From a virus (Duplodnaviria > Caudoviricetes), in IMG/VR virus record IMGVR_UViG_3300043395_004688: a stretch of DNA of 64,000 nucleotides, one strand, 5' to 3'. Both the position numbers and the translations under genes were made by a program. Below the pieces are notes generated by a model. It ran no database searches. It was not told where the DNA came from and worked only from the letters and a program-made list of their open reading frames with translations. This document shows positions 8,853 through 18,678 of this stretch, in pieces (the first letter of the stretch is position 1; every line of letters begins with the position of its first letter).

Positions 8853-9269
8853 ATGCAAATCGTTGTACATTCAAGCAGCCCCGGTAAACAGGCCTTGGTT
8901 GAGGCTAGTGCAAGGTTCTACGAACAAGAACTTAAATTACAAAAAAGCAAGTACACTCTTGAGATCCAATTTAAGAAAGGCTTGGCCAAGCGAAAAGGCA
9001 TGAGAGGTTGTGTAAGTGACATCGCTCCAAAACATTTGATCATGTTACTAGACTCCAATCTGCAAGATCATGCGTTGTTTGAAACCCTTGCACACGAAAT
9101 GATTCATGTCAAGCAATATGCTCGAGGACAGTTTAGGATTGACAGAAACAAAACCATATGGTTAGGTAAACCACTCAAACTAAAATATTATCAACAGCCC
9201 TGGGAGATCGAAGCCATGGGTAAAGAAAAAGTACTTGCTAGTAAAATATACAGTATTATTTGGAGTTAG
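8853..9269 (+). CDS. HExxH zinc metallopeptidase-like protein, probably leaderless
   Basis: LAHEMIHVKQY ... QPWEIEA. Confidence 0.75.
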   Translation: MQIVVHSSSPGKQALVEASARFYEQELKLQKSKYTLEIQFKKGLAKRKGMRGCVSDIAPKHLIMLLDSNLQDHALFETLAHEMIHVKQYARGQFRIDRNKTIWLGKPLKLKYYQQPWEIEAMGKEKVLASKIYSIIWS

Positions 9270-9270
9270 C

Positions 9271-9492
9271 ATGTACGAAGAGTTTACTTGGACAAATTCC
9301 AAACATGACCCTATGATAATCGAGATCAAGCATCACGGTCATGTGGTAATGCATTTCTTTCTCGGTGAAGCCATGGAAGGTGCCGGTAGAGCTCGTGTAA
9401 TGAGTCATGTCCGTGAGTGCGATCACAGTCCTTGGCTGAGTCAGTGGCGAGAACATGCCGAACAAGAAATGCTAGCAAAGTTAGGAAGATAA
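9271..9492 (+). CDS. Hypothetical protein
   Basis: GGAG RBS before ATG 9271; in operon register. Confidence 0.6.
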   Translation: MYEEFTWTNSKHDPMIIEIKHHGHVVMHFFLGEAMEGAGRARVMSHVRECDHSPWLSQWREHAEQEMLAKLGR

Positions 9493-9495
9493 ACT

Positions 9496-9891
9496 ATGAA
9501 TGATGAAATTAAAAAGCAAGAGGTATTAGATCAATTACATGAAGCTGGCCGACAATTTAACAAAGCCATGCAAGAATATCAAGACTCTTGCAACAGCTAT
9601 TGGAACAGTCTTGGTCCTGAAGAACAACTCATGGCATTTTGCGCCATGGTAGAGCGTCTTCACCGCGGCGAAATTGAACACAAGCGTAGCTACCGAGGCA
9701 TGCTCTATGATGTATTTGGTTGGGGACCAGAAGCCTATGCACCTGCTCAGCTTGCTGGCTTTTTAGATTTGCATAACTCAATTTATGACTTTGATGACCT
9801 CTTGGTAGTATTTAAGAATACTCTTGAGGAATTAAACATTCAGGTTCCTGATGACCAACTCAGCGAAGCCTTGGCAAAACACTTTTACTAA
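9496..9891 (+). CDS. Hypothetical protein
   Basis: AGGA RBS; 131-aa helical ORF in operon register. Confidence 0.65.
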   Translation: MNDEIKKQEVLDQLHEAGRQFNKAMQEYQDSCNSYWNSLGPEEQLMAFCAMVERLHRGEIEHKRSYRGMLYDVFGWGPEAYAPAQLAGFLDLHNSIYDFDDLLVVFKNTLEELNIQVPDDQLSEALAKHFY

Positions 9892-9908
9892 TAGGAACTA
9901 CATACTAG

Positions 9909-12554
9909 ATGTTTGTTGACGCCTATCATGATAAAAAGACTGAAGTCATCCATGTGGTTGAACGAGTGGATGGCCAGAGAATTCTCAAAGAATATCCTGC
10001 TCGCTATGTACTGTATTACCCAGACAACAAGGGTAAGTTCACTGACATCTCCGGCAATCGAGTAACGCGAGTAATGGTCAGTAATCTTGCGGCCTTTGAC
10101 AAAGAACGCAGGATTCACAACAACAAGAGACTCTGTGAAAGCGATTACAGGCCGCTTAACCGCTGTCTTGAAGAACAGTACGGTGGTCAAGAAGCACCCA
10201 ATCTGCATGTGGCTTTCTTTGACATTGAGGTGGCCTATGACAAGGTCAAGGGCTTTGCCGACCCCAGTGATCCTTTCAACAATGTCACTGCCATTACCAC
10301 TTACTTAGGGTGGCTGGATAGAAACATTACCTTGGTTATAAAGCCAGATGAAATGCCTGTAAACCAGGCAGCAGAAATTGCTGGCAAGTTTGATGATACC
10401 ATACTCTGTGAAGATGAAAAGCAGATGTTGGAGATGTGGCTGGATCTGATTCAGGATGCAGATGTCTACACAGGTTGGAACAGCGAAGGCTTTGATATTC
10501 CTTATCTCACTAATCGCATCACTCGTGTGCTTGGCAAAGAACTGACTCGTAAGATGTGCCTGTGGGACCAGTTTCCTACAAAGAGATATTTTGAAAAATA
10601 TGGTAAGGAACTTGAGACCTATGATCCTATTGGTCGAGTTCACCTAGATTATCTAGAACTTTATCGCAAGTACAACTATCATGAGATGCACACATACCGC
10701 TTGGATGCCATTGGCGAGTATGAAATTGGTGAGAAAAAGATTCCATATGAAGGCACACTTGATCAATTGTACAACAATGATTTTGAAAAGTTCATTGCCT
10801 ATAACAGGCAGGATGTTGTGTTGCTCAAAAAACTCGACGACAAACTTAAATTCATTGAACTTACCAACCTGATTAGTCATGCCAATACTGTAGGACTTAG
10901 AGCTACACTTGGAGCGGTGGCTGTCACTGACCAAGCAGTTATCAACGAAGCTCATCGCCTTAACATGGTTGTTCCTGACAGACCGCGGAGAGGAGACAGC
11001 GAGGACAATGCTGCCGCAGGTGCCTATGTTGCTGTACCCAAGCAAGGCATGCACGAGTGGATTGGCTCCATGGACATTAACAGTCTGTATCCAAGTTTGA
11101 TTCGTGCGCTAAACATGAGCCCTGAAACCATTGTTGGCCAGGTGCGCCAAACAAGAACCAATGAAGGCATTCGAGAATTCAAAGAAGCCGGAAAGGGCAT
11201 TGCTGAGTTTTGGGAAGGTAAGTTTGCCTGCTTTGAATATGAAAGTGTAATGAATCGAGAGATTGGTACCAGTGAAATTGTTGACTGGGCCGATGGAACC
11301 AGCACTGAAATGAGTAGTGCCGAGGTATACGACTATGTGTTCCATGGCGGTAAGCCTTTGATGATCAGTGGCAATGGCACTATCTTTAGATACGATGCCA
11401 AGGGTGTTATTCCTGGTCTTCTGGAACGCTGGTATGCAGAGCGTAAAGAGCTACAAAAGAAAGCTAAGTCAGCCACCGATCCTAAAGAGTTTGAGTTTTG
11501 GGACAAGCGGCAGCTGGTTAAAAAGATTAACCTTAACTCAGCATACGGCGCCTTGCTTAACGCAGGTTCAAGATTCTTTGACCAACGACTTGGGCAGTCA
11601 ACTACCCTTTGCGGTCGACTAGTTGCCAGGCACATGGCTGGTGCTGTCAACGATTGCTTAACCGGTGTAAAGGATCATATGGGAGATGCTATCATCTATG
11701 GTGATACAGACTCGGTATATTTCAGTGCTTATCCTTTGTTTAAAGATCAAATTGAAAAGGGTGAGATCGCTTGGACAGATGAAAAAGCCATTGAACTGTA
11801 TGATGCCATTAGTGAACAGGTGAATGCCACATTTCCGGCTTTTATGAACTATGCCTTTAACGCACCAGCTGCACAAGGCGAGATTATCAAAGCAGGTCGC
11901 GAGCTAGTTGCAAGCAAGGGCATCTACATGACCAAGAAGCGTTATGCTGTTCTTATTGTTGATAAGGAAGGCAAGCGCAAAGATGTCAATGGATCCACTG
12001 GTGAACTCAAAGCCATGGGTCTTGACATGAAGCGAGCAGATACTCCCGAATTCATGCAAAGGTTCTTGGAAGAAATCCTAACAATGACTTTGGAAGGCAA
12101 AACGGAAGCTGAAGTTATGGCTCGTGTCAAGCAGTTCCGTGAGGAGTTTAAGAGCCGTCCGGGTTGGGAAAAGGGTACACCCAAGCGTGTTAACAACCTA
12201 ACTAAGCATACTGATGTTTATAAGAAAACAGGCAAGTGTGGAGTGGGACATGCTATGGCAGCTATCAATTGGAACAGGATCAAAGAAGCCTATGGCGATC
12301 GGCGTAGCATGGATATCACTGACGGGCAAAAGGCCATTGTGTGCAAACTAAGAAGCAACCCGTTGCAGATTAACTCAATTGCCTATCCCATTGATGAGAT
12401 GAACCTACCAGATTGGTTTAAGCAGTTGCCCTTTGATCATGTGGCCATGGAAGAAACTATCATTGACAGCAAAATTGATAACCTTCTGGGCGTACTAAAA
12501 TGGGACCTTAGCCAAAGCAAGGACCGCGGATTGATCAATGAGTTATTCTCTTAA
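9909..12554 (+). CDS. Family B DNA polymerase (T4 gp43-like)
   Basis: Exonuclease motifs FFDIE, WNSEGFD, YNRQD; polymerase motifs DINSLYPS, KINLNSAYG, YGDTDS; C-terminal LINELFS clamp-binding-like peptide. Confidence 0.97.
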   Translation: MFVDAYHDKKTEVIHVVERVDGQRILKEYPARYVLYYPDNKGKFTDISGNRVTRVMVSNLAAFDKERRIHNNKRLCESDYRPLNRCLEEQYGGQEAPNLHVAFFDIEVAYDKVKGFADPSDPFNNVTAITTYLGWLDRNITLVIKPDEMPVNQAAEIAGKFDDTILCEDEKQMLEMWLDLIQDADVYTGWNSEGFDIPYLTNRITRVLGKELTRKMCLWDQFPTKRYFEKYGKELETYDPIGRVHLDYLELYRKYNYHEMHTYRLDAIGEYEIGEKKIPYEGTLDQLYNNDFEKFIAYNRQDVVLLKKLDDKLKFIELTNLISHANTVGLRATLGAVAVTDQAVINEAHRLNMVVPDRPRRGDSEDNAAAGAYVAVPKQGMHEWIGSMDINSLYPSLIRALNMSPETIVGQVRQTRTNEGIREFKEAGKGIAEFWEGKFACFEYESVMNREIGTSEIVDWADGTSTEMSSAEVYDYVFHGGKPLMISGNGTIFRYDAKGVIPGLLERWYAERKELQKKAKSATDPKEFEFWDKRQLVKKINLNSAYGALLNAGSRFFDQRLGQSTTLCGRLVARHMAGAVNDCLTGVKDHMGDAIIYGDTDSVYFSAYPLFKDQIEKGEIAWTDEKAIELYDAISEQVNATFPAFMNYAFNAPAAQGEIIKAGRELVASKGIYMTKKRYAVLIVDKEGKRKDVNGSTGELKAMGLDMKRADTPEFMQRFLEEILTMTLEGKTEAEVMARVKQFREEFKSRPGWEKGTPKRVNNLTKHTDVYKKTGKCGVGHAMAAINWNRIKEAYGDRRSMDITDGQKAIVCKLRSNPLQINSIAYPIDEMNLPDWFKQLPFDHVAMEETIIDSKIDNLLGVLKWDLSQSKDRGLINELFS

Positions 12555-12570
12555 TTGGAAAACGAGCTCG

Positions 12571-12599
12571 TTGACTTTGTCTACTTTTCTAAATATAAT
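12571..12599 (+). promoter_or_regulatory. Sigma70-type promoter for the clamp-dpdA operon
   Basis: TTGACT-17-TATAAT, then GGAG RBS. Confidence 0.8.
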
Positions 12600-12623
12600 C
12601 ACTAATAACTGGAGAAATCACCA

Positions 12624-13343
12624 ATGCTAAAAGATATTGTGCTTGATGTAGCAAAAAACATCGCCAGCCTAGGAACCTTTGAAGAGGTCCTAGTTGAACA
12701 AGAAACTAACAACACTAAGTTTACTGCTTATCCAGAGGATTCGAGTATCACTGTTCTTGCCAGTAGCAAGAACAAGGTCGTAGAATTCCCAGAAAAGTTT
12801 GGTATGCTAAACCTTGGATTCTTTGTTGGATTGTCAAACCTGTATCGCGCTGACGACACTAGCGTAGCCACTGGTACCAACAGCAAAAGCGATATTGATC
12901 GTCTAGTCTTTTCCAGTAAGGATGGCAACAACGACGAATATCGACTAACACCTACCAACTTAATGAAGACCAAGAGCCGTAGCTTTAACGGCACTACCTG
13001 GGATGTTGTGGTCAATCCTGCAGCCAACAAGATCAGCGAACTGGCTCAACGAGCAGGCTTGTACGCAAGCATTGATCCAAATCTACTTGCCAGCACAGAA
13101 AATGGCAAGTTGGTTTTCACATTTGGTGGAGTCAGCGGTGGTGGCCATAGCGGCAAGTTTGTGTTTGCTGACACTACTCAAAAGCTCAAGCGTCCGGTAG
13201 CATTGCCAATCAACAGCTTGCTCATGGCACTAAAGACTGCTAGTCAAGGTACCCCAGTGGTCAGCTTTAGTGAAAAGGTTGCTAAGGTTGAATTTGATAG
13301 TGGTTTAATCAAGTACGAATATCTTATTATTGCTCAACAATAA
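12624..13343 (+). CDS. Sliding clamp (T4 gp45-like)
   Basis: 239 aa, directly after polB; FGMLNLGFFVGL resembles the gp45 FGIYDL..FL segment; C-terminal F.S....YEYLI. Confidence 0.65.
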   Translation: MLKDIVLDVAKNIASLGTFEEVLVEQETNNTKFTAYPEDSSITVLASSKNKVVEFPEKFGMLNLGFFVGLSNLYRADDTSVATGTNSKSDIDRLVFSSKDGNNDEYRLTPTNLMKTKSRSFNGTTWDVVVNPAANKISELAQRAGLYASIDPNLLASTENGKLVFTFGGVSGGGHSGKFVFADTTQKLKRPVALPINSLLMALKTASQGTPVVSFSEKVAKVEFDSGLIKYEYLIIAQQ

Positions 13344-13352
13344 GAAAAAATA

Positions 13353-14915
13353 ATGACAGCAAGTAAAAAATCCAAAGTAGATTTATGGGCAAAGAACGAA
13401 GATTATGCTGTGTTCTTGCCCAGCATTTCAACTTTCTATAATACCATCATTAGCAAAGAGCGCAATGAGCCTGGTGTAAGTGTTCCACCAGACCGTGTGC
13501 CTCAAGAGTTTGAAAATGGCATTGAAGGCATGAACTTCCTTAATAAGGATGCTGCCTACTACCATTATCCTTATGCTCTTTACTCTGCTGGTCATGCACA
13601 ACTTGATCTCAGTAAAACTGACACCGAAGAATCAATGATTCAAAAGCGCGATCGCAAGAATACTTTTATTCTTGGCGACAGCGGTGGATTTCAGATTGCC
13701 AAAGGTGTTATTAAGTTCGACTGGGAAAATTTCATGGAGAGACCCGGTGACCAAGGATACAAAGGATCTGCTGACAAGACTCGCGGCCAGATTCTCAACT
13801 GGCTTGAGCATACTGCTGATTATAGCATGGTTCTTGATATTCCTACTTGGGCGGCAAGACCTCCACTGAACGAGCGCACGGGCCTACAAAGCTTCCAACA
13901 ATGTTTGGATGGTACCTTGTACAACAATGCTTGGTTCTTGGCAAATCGTAAGCATCAAACTAAGTTTTTAAATGTCTTGCAGGGCAGTAACAATCAAGAA
14001 GCTGATATTTGGTATGATGCTGTCAAACACTTCCCCTTTGAAGGTTGGGCCATGGGTGGTAACAACATGCAGGATGCACATCTGCTGTTGAGGCGCCTGA
14101 TCCAAATGCGTGACGAGGGTATGTTGGCTCCGGGTCGTGATGTAATCCATGTGCTGGGTACCAGTCGACTAGAATTTGCTATCTTTTTAACTGCGGTTCA
14201 ACGAGCTCTGCGCGAACATGTTAATCCTAACATGATGGTTACTTTTGACTGCGCTAGCCCATTTGTAGCCGTAGCATATGGTCTAAGCTATACCCAACAT
14301 GTACACAGCAACGACCGTTTCACTTATGTGATGGAAAAGGCTGTTGATAATCGCGAACTCAGTGGCAGCAAAATTCCTTGGCCGTGGAACAGTCCAATCG
14401 GTGAAAGATTAACCATGGGCGATATTTGCTATTACAAGCCTGGTCAGGCTAATAAAACTGGCAAGGTATCAAGGACTAGTTGGGATACATTTAGTTACAG
14501 CCTAATTATGGCTCACAATGTCTACCAACACATTGAGTCGGTTCAACGAGCCAATGCCCTTGCAGATGTTGCACATAAGCTAACCAGACCTGATCCAAGA
14601 GAATGGAGGAAAGGACGGCAAAGAAGTCAAGAAGGTCAGCTTGACTTATGGGTGCCGCGTAATGTATTATACATTATGGAACTAGTAGACCAAGTGTTTA
14701 AAGTTGAAAACCCTTATGAGTTATTGAATCAGTGTAGCTCACTGCTCTCAGAATTTTCTGGCCGCAAGACTCGCAAGAGCGGAGCAGAAGCAGTACACGA
14801 CATCTTTACCACTGACGACGGATCAAGTGCAACAGAAATGGCTGAAGGTGGCGAGTTTGATGATCCTAATGATCCTAAGTTGATGGAACTTGAACAACTG
14901 GCTAAGGATGAATGA
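13353..14915 (+). CDS. dpdA: DpdA-like DNA-guanine transglycosylase (TGT superfamily)
   Basis: GDSGGFQ, MVLDIP, NVLQG, IHVLGT, TFDCASP, MAHN; no CxCxxC zinc motif; folE and queE are in the window. Confidence 0.8.
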   Translation: MTASKKSKVDLWAKNEDYAVFLPSISTFYNTIISKERNEPGVSVPPDRVPQEFENGIEGMNFLNKDAAYYHYPYALYSAGHAQLDLSKTDTEESMIQKRDRKNTFILGDSGGFQIAKGVIKFDWENFMERPGDQGYKGSADKTRGQILNWLEHTADYSMVLDIPTWAARPPLNERTGLQSFQQCLDGTLYNNAWFLANRKHQTKFLNVLQGSNNQEADIWYDAVKHFPFEGWAMGGNNMQDAHLLLRRLIQMRDEGMLAPGRDVIHVLGTSRLEFAIFLTAVQRALREHVNPNMMVTFDCASPFVAVAYGLSYTQHVHSNDRFTYVMEKAVDNRELSGSKIPWPWNSPIGERLTMGDICYYKPGQANKTGKVSRTSWDTFSYSLIMAHNVYQHIESVQRANALADVAHKLTRPDPREWRKGRQRSQEGQLDLWVPRNVLYIMELVDQVFKVENPYELLNQCSSLLSEFSGRKTRKSGAEAVHDIFTTDDGSSATEMAEGGEFDDPNDPKLMELEQLAKDE

Positions 14916-14916
14916 G

Positions 14917-15438
14917 ATGAGTGGAATTGATCGTATCGCAAAGGATTTTTTTCTTGGCGTTGAGGTAGAAAATTCTCCTGCCAAGTCAATGCAAACCTTG
15001 TTTGTTGTTGGGCTTCAGTCTGCGGATCAAGTGCTTGGTCTTGCAATTGAACACTATTGTGAACATGTATACCTGGGTGCCAACATGAGTATGCATTATC
15101 TACAGTATACGGATCATGATGAATGGGAAAAGTGGGATCGGCTAATCGAAGCCTTGACACACAGCCCAATGATCAAGTATATTACAGTTGATATTACAAC
15201 TGATCAAGTTGAGGGGTTCGTCGAAAGCATGGCATCTGAAAGTAACAAGGTAATTCCAATGATTTCGGTGAAACTACCTTATGTAAAATTGCTTAACTAC
15301 AATACTACGATCAAGCTCGACGACAAGGGTTTTGATCAAACCAATCCAGGAGTATGGTGTCACTTGCTACATGATTTAATGGATCGAGAACATTTTACTC
15401 CATGGATAGCCTACAATGGCGACACTCCCGTAAATTAA
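14917..15438 (+). CDS. Hypothetical protein coupled to dpdA
   Basis: Starts 1 nt after the dpdA stop (alternative start 14908); alternating beta/alpha pattern; GVWCH near the C-terminus. Confidence 0.65.
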   Translation: MSGIDRIAKDFFLGVEVENSPAKSMQTLFVVGLQSADQVLGLAIEHYCEHVYLGANMSMHYLQYTDHDEWEKWDRLIEALTHSPMIKYITVDITTDQVEGFVESMASESNKVIPMISVKLPYVKLLNYNTTIKLDDKGFDQTNPGVWCHLLHDLMDREHFTPWIAYNGDTPVN

Positions 15439-15461
15439 ACTTAAACAAAGGAAAATAGAAA

Positions 15462-15668
15462 ATGAGTGAATCAGACGAAGTTAAGGTTGGTAGCTTTAAT
15501 AAGGTTCCAAAGCGTCCAATTCCAAATGGTGCTGCCAATGGTGCCGCACCTGTTGCCGAAGTCAGCAATGCTGATATTTCTGCAAAGCTGGATCAAATGA
15601 ACAAGCATCTTCAGGCTATTGACTGGAAGATGTGGGTTTATCTCAAGGCCAATAACTATATTGATTAA
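15462..15668 (+). CDS. Hypothetical protein
   Basis: AAGGA RBS; 68 aa with a short coiled segment. Confidence 0.6.
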   Translation: MSESDEVKVGSFNKVPKRPIPNGAANGAAPVAEVSNADISAKLDQMNKHLQAIDWKMWVYLKANNYID

Positions 15669-15676
15669 GGATTAAC

Positions 15677-16048
15677 ATGTCACAAGACATGATTTGGGTT
15701 ACCTTCCGTAAAGAAGGTATTCATAGGTATCCTGCCGCAGGGCAGGATCCAAAGCTCGCAAGCGGCGATGAGTATGATGTAAGTTTCTTGCAGTATCCGC
15801 ATCGTCATATCTTTCATTTCAAAGTTTATCTAGAGGTCTTCCATGACGACAGAGATGTAGAGTTTATTCAGTTTAAGCGTTGGCTAGAAAATTTGTACAG
15901 CCAAGGCACACTTGAATTGAATTACAAATCGTGTGAAATGATTGCTGATGATCTTCATAAGGAAATCTCAGCAAAATATACAAGTCGTAAAATTTGGATT
16001 GAAGTCTCGGAGGATGGCGAAAATGGATGCATCAAACAATACTCTTAA
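15677..16048 (+). CDS. T-fold QueD paralogue (DpdL-like)
   Basis: LQYPHRHIF fits LxxxHRHxF; DRDVEF, SCEMIA and IEVSEDGENG are T-fold hallmarks; lacks the QueD CxxxHGH. Confidence 0.7.
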   Translation: MSQDMIWVTFRKEGIHRYPAAGQDPKLASGDEYDVSFLQYPHRHIFHFKVYLEVFHDDRDVEFIQFKRWLENLYSQGTLELNYKSCEMIADDLHKEISAKYTSRKIWIEVSEDGENGCIKQYS

Positions 16049-16481
16049 TACTCGTGTTCGTTTTGATAGGAGAGAGCGTGTGAATACATATAATAACAAT
16101 CAACCCAAGCGGGCTGGTCTTAATCTTAATCATATTAAGTTTGATCTGCTTAAGATCAGTGAACTATATGATGGTGTTCTAACCGAAGACCTTGGTCATT
16201 TGCCTTTGAATCTTTATAATCAGTATCTTACTGATTTGGTTCGAGATCGCTATATTCATAGCTACAACATTGAGACGCCAGAAATGCGTACTCATGAAGC
16301 CACAGGAGATCGTAGTTTTACCTATACGATCAATGTTCAAAACTCACCTGAGCGGTCTAGCAAGGCCCTCAAGATTCATGTGGGCTTTTACAAGAGTGCT
16401 TGGGCGCCAACCACTCGTCATACTGCTGACGGTATGTGCTGTATGCCCGACCGCTTAGATCGAGAGGACACCAATGCGTAA
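16014..16481 (+). CDS. Hypothetical protein
   Basis: GGAGG before ATG 16014 (or 16023); overlaps both neighbours. Confidence 0.55.
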   Translation: MAKMDASNNTLNTRVRFDRRERVNTYNNNQPKRAGLNLNHIKFDLLKISELYDGVLTEDLGHLPLNLYNQYLTDLVRDRYIHSYNIETPEMRTHEATGDRSFTYTINVQNSPERSSKALKIHVGFYKSAWAPTTRHTADGMCCMPDRLDREDTNA

Positions 16482-17685
16482 ACTCTACTACATGGGATTA
16501 GAACCCTATGAGGGTAGATATACGCTACAACTACAGCAATGGAATGAAGCGGTGTTCAAGCGCCGCAACATTAACTATGTTGTTGTTCCAGGTAAGACCA
16601 TTGACAATACCCGAGCTATCAGTGTAGGTCAAGTGTTAGATGCACATGGCCGCAGTTACTTTGGTATGAGCCAAATGATGAACTTGGTTCAGTTGATGCG
16701 AAGCGGCGAAGTTACCGGCGAGGATGTCGTCTATTTTGAAGACATGTTTCAGCCCGGTATCGAATCGCTTCCATACATCATGGATCAGATTCCGGCCAAT
16801 CAACGACCAAGAGTTTTTGTGCGGTGTTTGGCACAGGCCATTGACCCCGATGACTTTGTTCATGTTTGGGGCATGAGCAAGTGGATGAGCTTGTACGAAC
16901 ACATGGTGAATGAGTTTGTTACTGGTGTACTTGCGACCAATGAGGAAATGGTAGCTCACATGCGTATTGCTAATTGGACTGCTCCAATCTACAATATCAG
17001 TGGACTAGCATTTGGTAAAGAAGAAGTAAGAGGTCGTGTTAATAATAAGATTAAATCTTGGCCTGAGAGAGCAAATCGTGTAGTCTTTGCCGCAAGATTT
17101 GATCAAGAAAAGCAGCCAGACTTCTTTATGGATGTCATTGAAGAATGGCATCGTCAGTGGCCTGGAATTCCAGTTGAGTTTGCAGTATTAAGCGGCGGGC
17201 CGTTGCGTAGCAACAATCCCAAGTATCTAGAGCGAGCCGCACAAATGGAGGCACTAGGTAAACTAAAAATTTACAAAGACCTTAAAAAGAATGATTACTA
17301 TAATTTGGTCAACGATAGCCGTGTGCTTTTTAATTGTGCTTTACAGGACTGGGTATCTAACACAGTTTCGGAAGCTGATGCTCTTGGTTGTAATGTGCTA
17401 TATCCTGCTTATCGCAGTTTCCCTGAAACCTTTGCCAACGATCACACTAGGTTGTATGTGCCCTGGAGCATCGATGACGCAGTGAACAAACTGCGAATCC
17501 AGCTAGCTGGCCCACATGTTAATCAAGGCAAGATCAGTGACTGGAATAATGGCACCATTGATCGCATCTTAGACATTATGGAAACTGCTGGTACTGTTGC
17601 CGAAGGCGGAATGGCTTGTAAAGCCACCCAATGGAATCGTTCTGGTAATCGATACAGAGACCATGTTGCTGGGGCCAAGTACTAA
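16474..17685 (+). CDS. GT-B fold glycosyltransferase (GT4-like)
   Basis: VVFAARFDQEKQPDFF, YYNLVNDSRVLFNCALQDWVSNTVSEADALGCNVLYP. Confidence 0.8.
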   Translation: MRKLYYMGLEPYEGRYTLQLQQWNEAVFKRRNINYVVVPGKTIDNTRAISVGQVLDAHGRSYFGMSQMMNLVQLMRSGEVTGEDVVYFEDMFQPGIESLPYIMDQIPANQRPRVFVRCLAQAIDPDDFVHVWGMSKWMSLYEHMVNEFVTGVLATNEEMVAHMRIANWTAPIYNISGLAFGKEEVRGRVNNKIKSWPERANRVVFAARFDQEKQPDFFMDVIEEWHRQWPGIPVEFAVLSGGPLRSNNPKYLERAAQMEALGKLKIYKDLKKNDYYNLVNDSRVLFNCALQDWVSNTVSEADALGCNVLYPAYRSFPETFANDHTRLYVPWSIDDAVNKLRIQLAGPHVNQGKISDWNNGTIDRILDIMETAGTVAEGGMACKATQWNRSGNRYRDHVAGAKY

Positions 17686-18678
17686 ATGGACAAGTGGGTT
17701 GCTGTTACAGGGGCCTGTGGCTACATTGGTGGGCAAACAGTCTTAAAGTTCAAAGACAAGGGCTATAAAGTACTGGGCGTAGACCGTGCCGCAACTGCGC
17801 CATGGATTCGTCAAGCCTGTGATGCATTTGTCGAGGGTGATTTTACCAACCTTATGTTTATTCTCAATGTTGTTAATAACAATGTTGAGGCAATCATACA
17901 TTGTGCTGGGACTAGTCTAGTTGGTCCCAGCGTTCTAAGTCCTGGTCAGTACTATGTCAACAATGTTGGCAATACCGCCAAGCTCTTGGCCATTTTAAAA
18001 GAAAATAAATGGCAAGGTACTTTTGTATTTTCAAGTAGCGCGGCTGTCTATGGCAATCCCGTAGAGTTTCCATTAACTGAAAATTCGTTAAAGGTACCAG
18101 TTAGTCCCTATGGTCATAGCAAGCTTATGACTGAGCAAGCTATAAAGGACTGCGCCTTTGCATATAACCTAAAGGCCATTTCGCTGAGATACTTTAATGC
18201 CTGTGGAGCCGATCTCAAAGGACGACACGGACAATTAAAAAATGCCACGCATCTAATTGCAAGAATCATGGAGAGTGTACTCAATAAGAGTGTGTTTACT
18301 TTAAATGGTACCAACTACGATACACCAGATGGTACTTGTGTTCGTGACTACTTACATGTTGATGATATTGCCAACGCACATTACCTCTCTGTACAATACG
18401 CACAGACTATGGAAACTGGTAGTAGCCAAGAATTTAACCTAGGCACTGGCACTGGTATCAGCATCAACGAAATCATAGCCAGTGTTGAAAGAAATATTCC
18501 ATACAAGGTTCTAGTACATAAAGGACCGCGTCGTGAAGGCGATCCTGCTAAATTAGTTGCTAGTTCCAGTAAAATTGTCAAGCACATGGGTTGGAAACCT
18601 GAAAACAGCAGCATCGATAACATTGTTCGATCTGCTTGGGCTTGGTATAACTCGACTGAATTTAAAAATAGAGCATGA
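17686..18678 (+). CDS. galE: UDP-glucose 4-epimerase
   Basis: TGACGYIG, FSSSAAVYG, YGHSK (YxxxK), LRYFNACGA, DGTCVRDYLHV. Confidence 0.9.
   Translation: MDKWVAVTGACGYIGGQTVLKFKDKGYKVLGVDRAATAPWIRQACDAFVEGDFTNLMFILNVVNNNVEAIIHCAGTSLVGPSVLSPGQYYVNNVGNTAKLLAILKENKWQGTFVFSSSAAVYGNPVEFPLTENSLKVPVSPYGHSKLMTEQAIKDCAFAYNLKAISLRYFNACGADLKGRHGQLKNATHLIARIMESVLNKSVFTLNGTNYDTPDGTCVRDYLHVDDIANAHYLSVQYAQTMETGSSQEFNLGTGTGISINEIIASVERNIPYKVLVHKGPRREGDPAKLVASSSKIVKHMGWKPENSSIDNIVRSAWAWYNSTEFKNRA

Noticed and set aside
8831-8855. N4-type ssDNA hairpin promoters for a virion RNA polymerase
   Set aside because: Loops are 9-11 nt with no shared sequence and contain ordinary sigma70 or late cores; no phage RNA polymerase is visible.
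9888-12196. Many antisense and out-of-frame ORFs inside polB (and similarly inside other long genes)
   Set aside because: They are fully nested in well-supported genes and show no recognisable protein features.
9909-12554. Intein or intron in the DNA polymerase (also checked thyX)
   Set aside because: Lengths are normal, catalytic motifs are contiguous, and there are no intein termini or homing endonuclease motifs.
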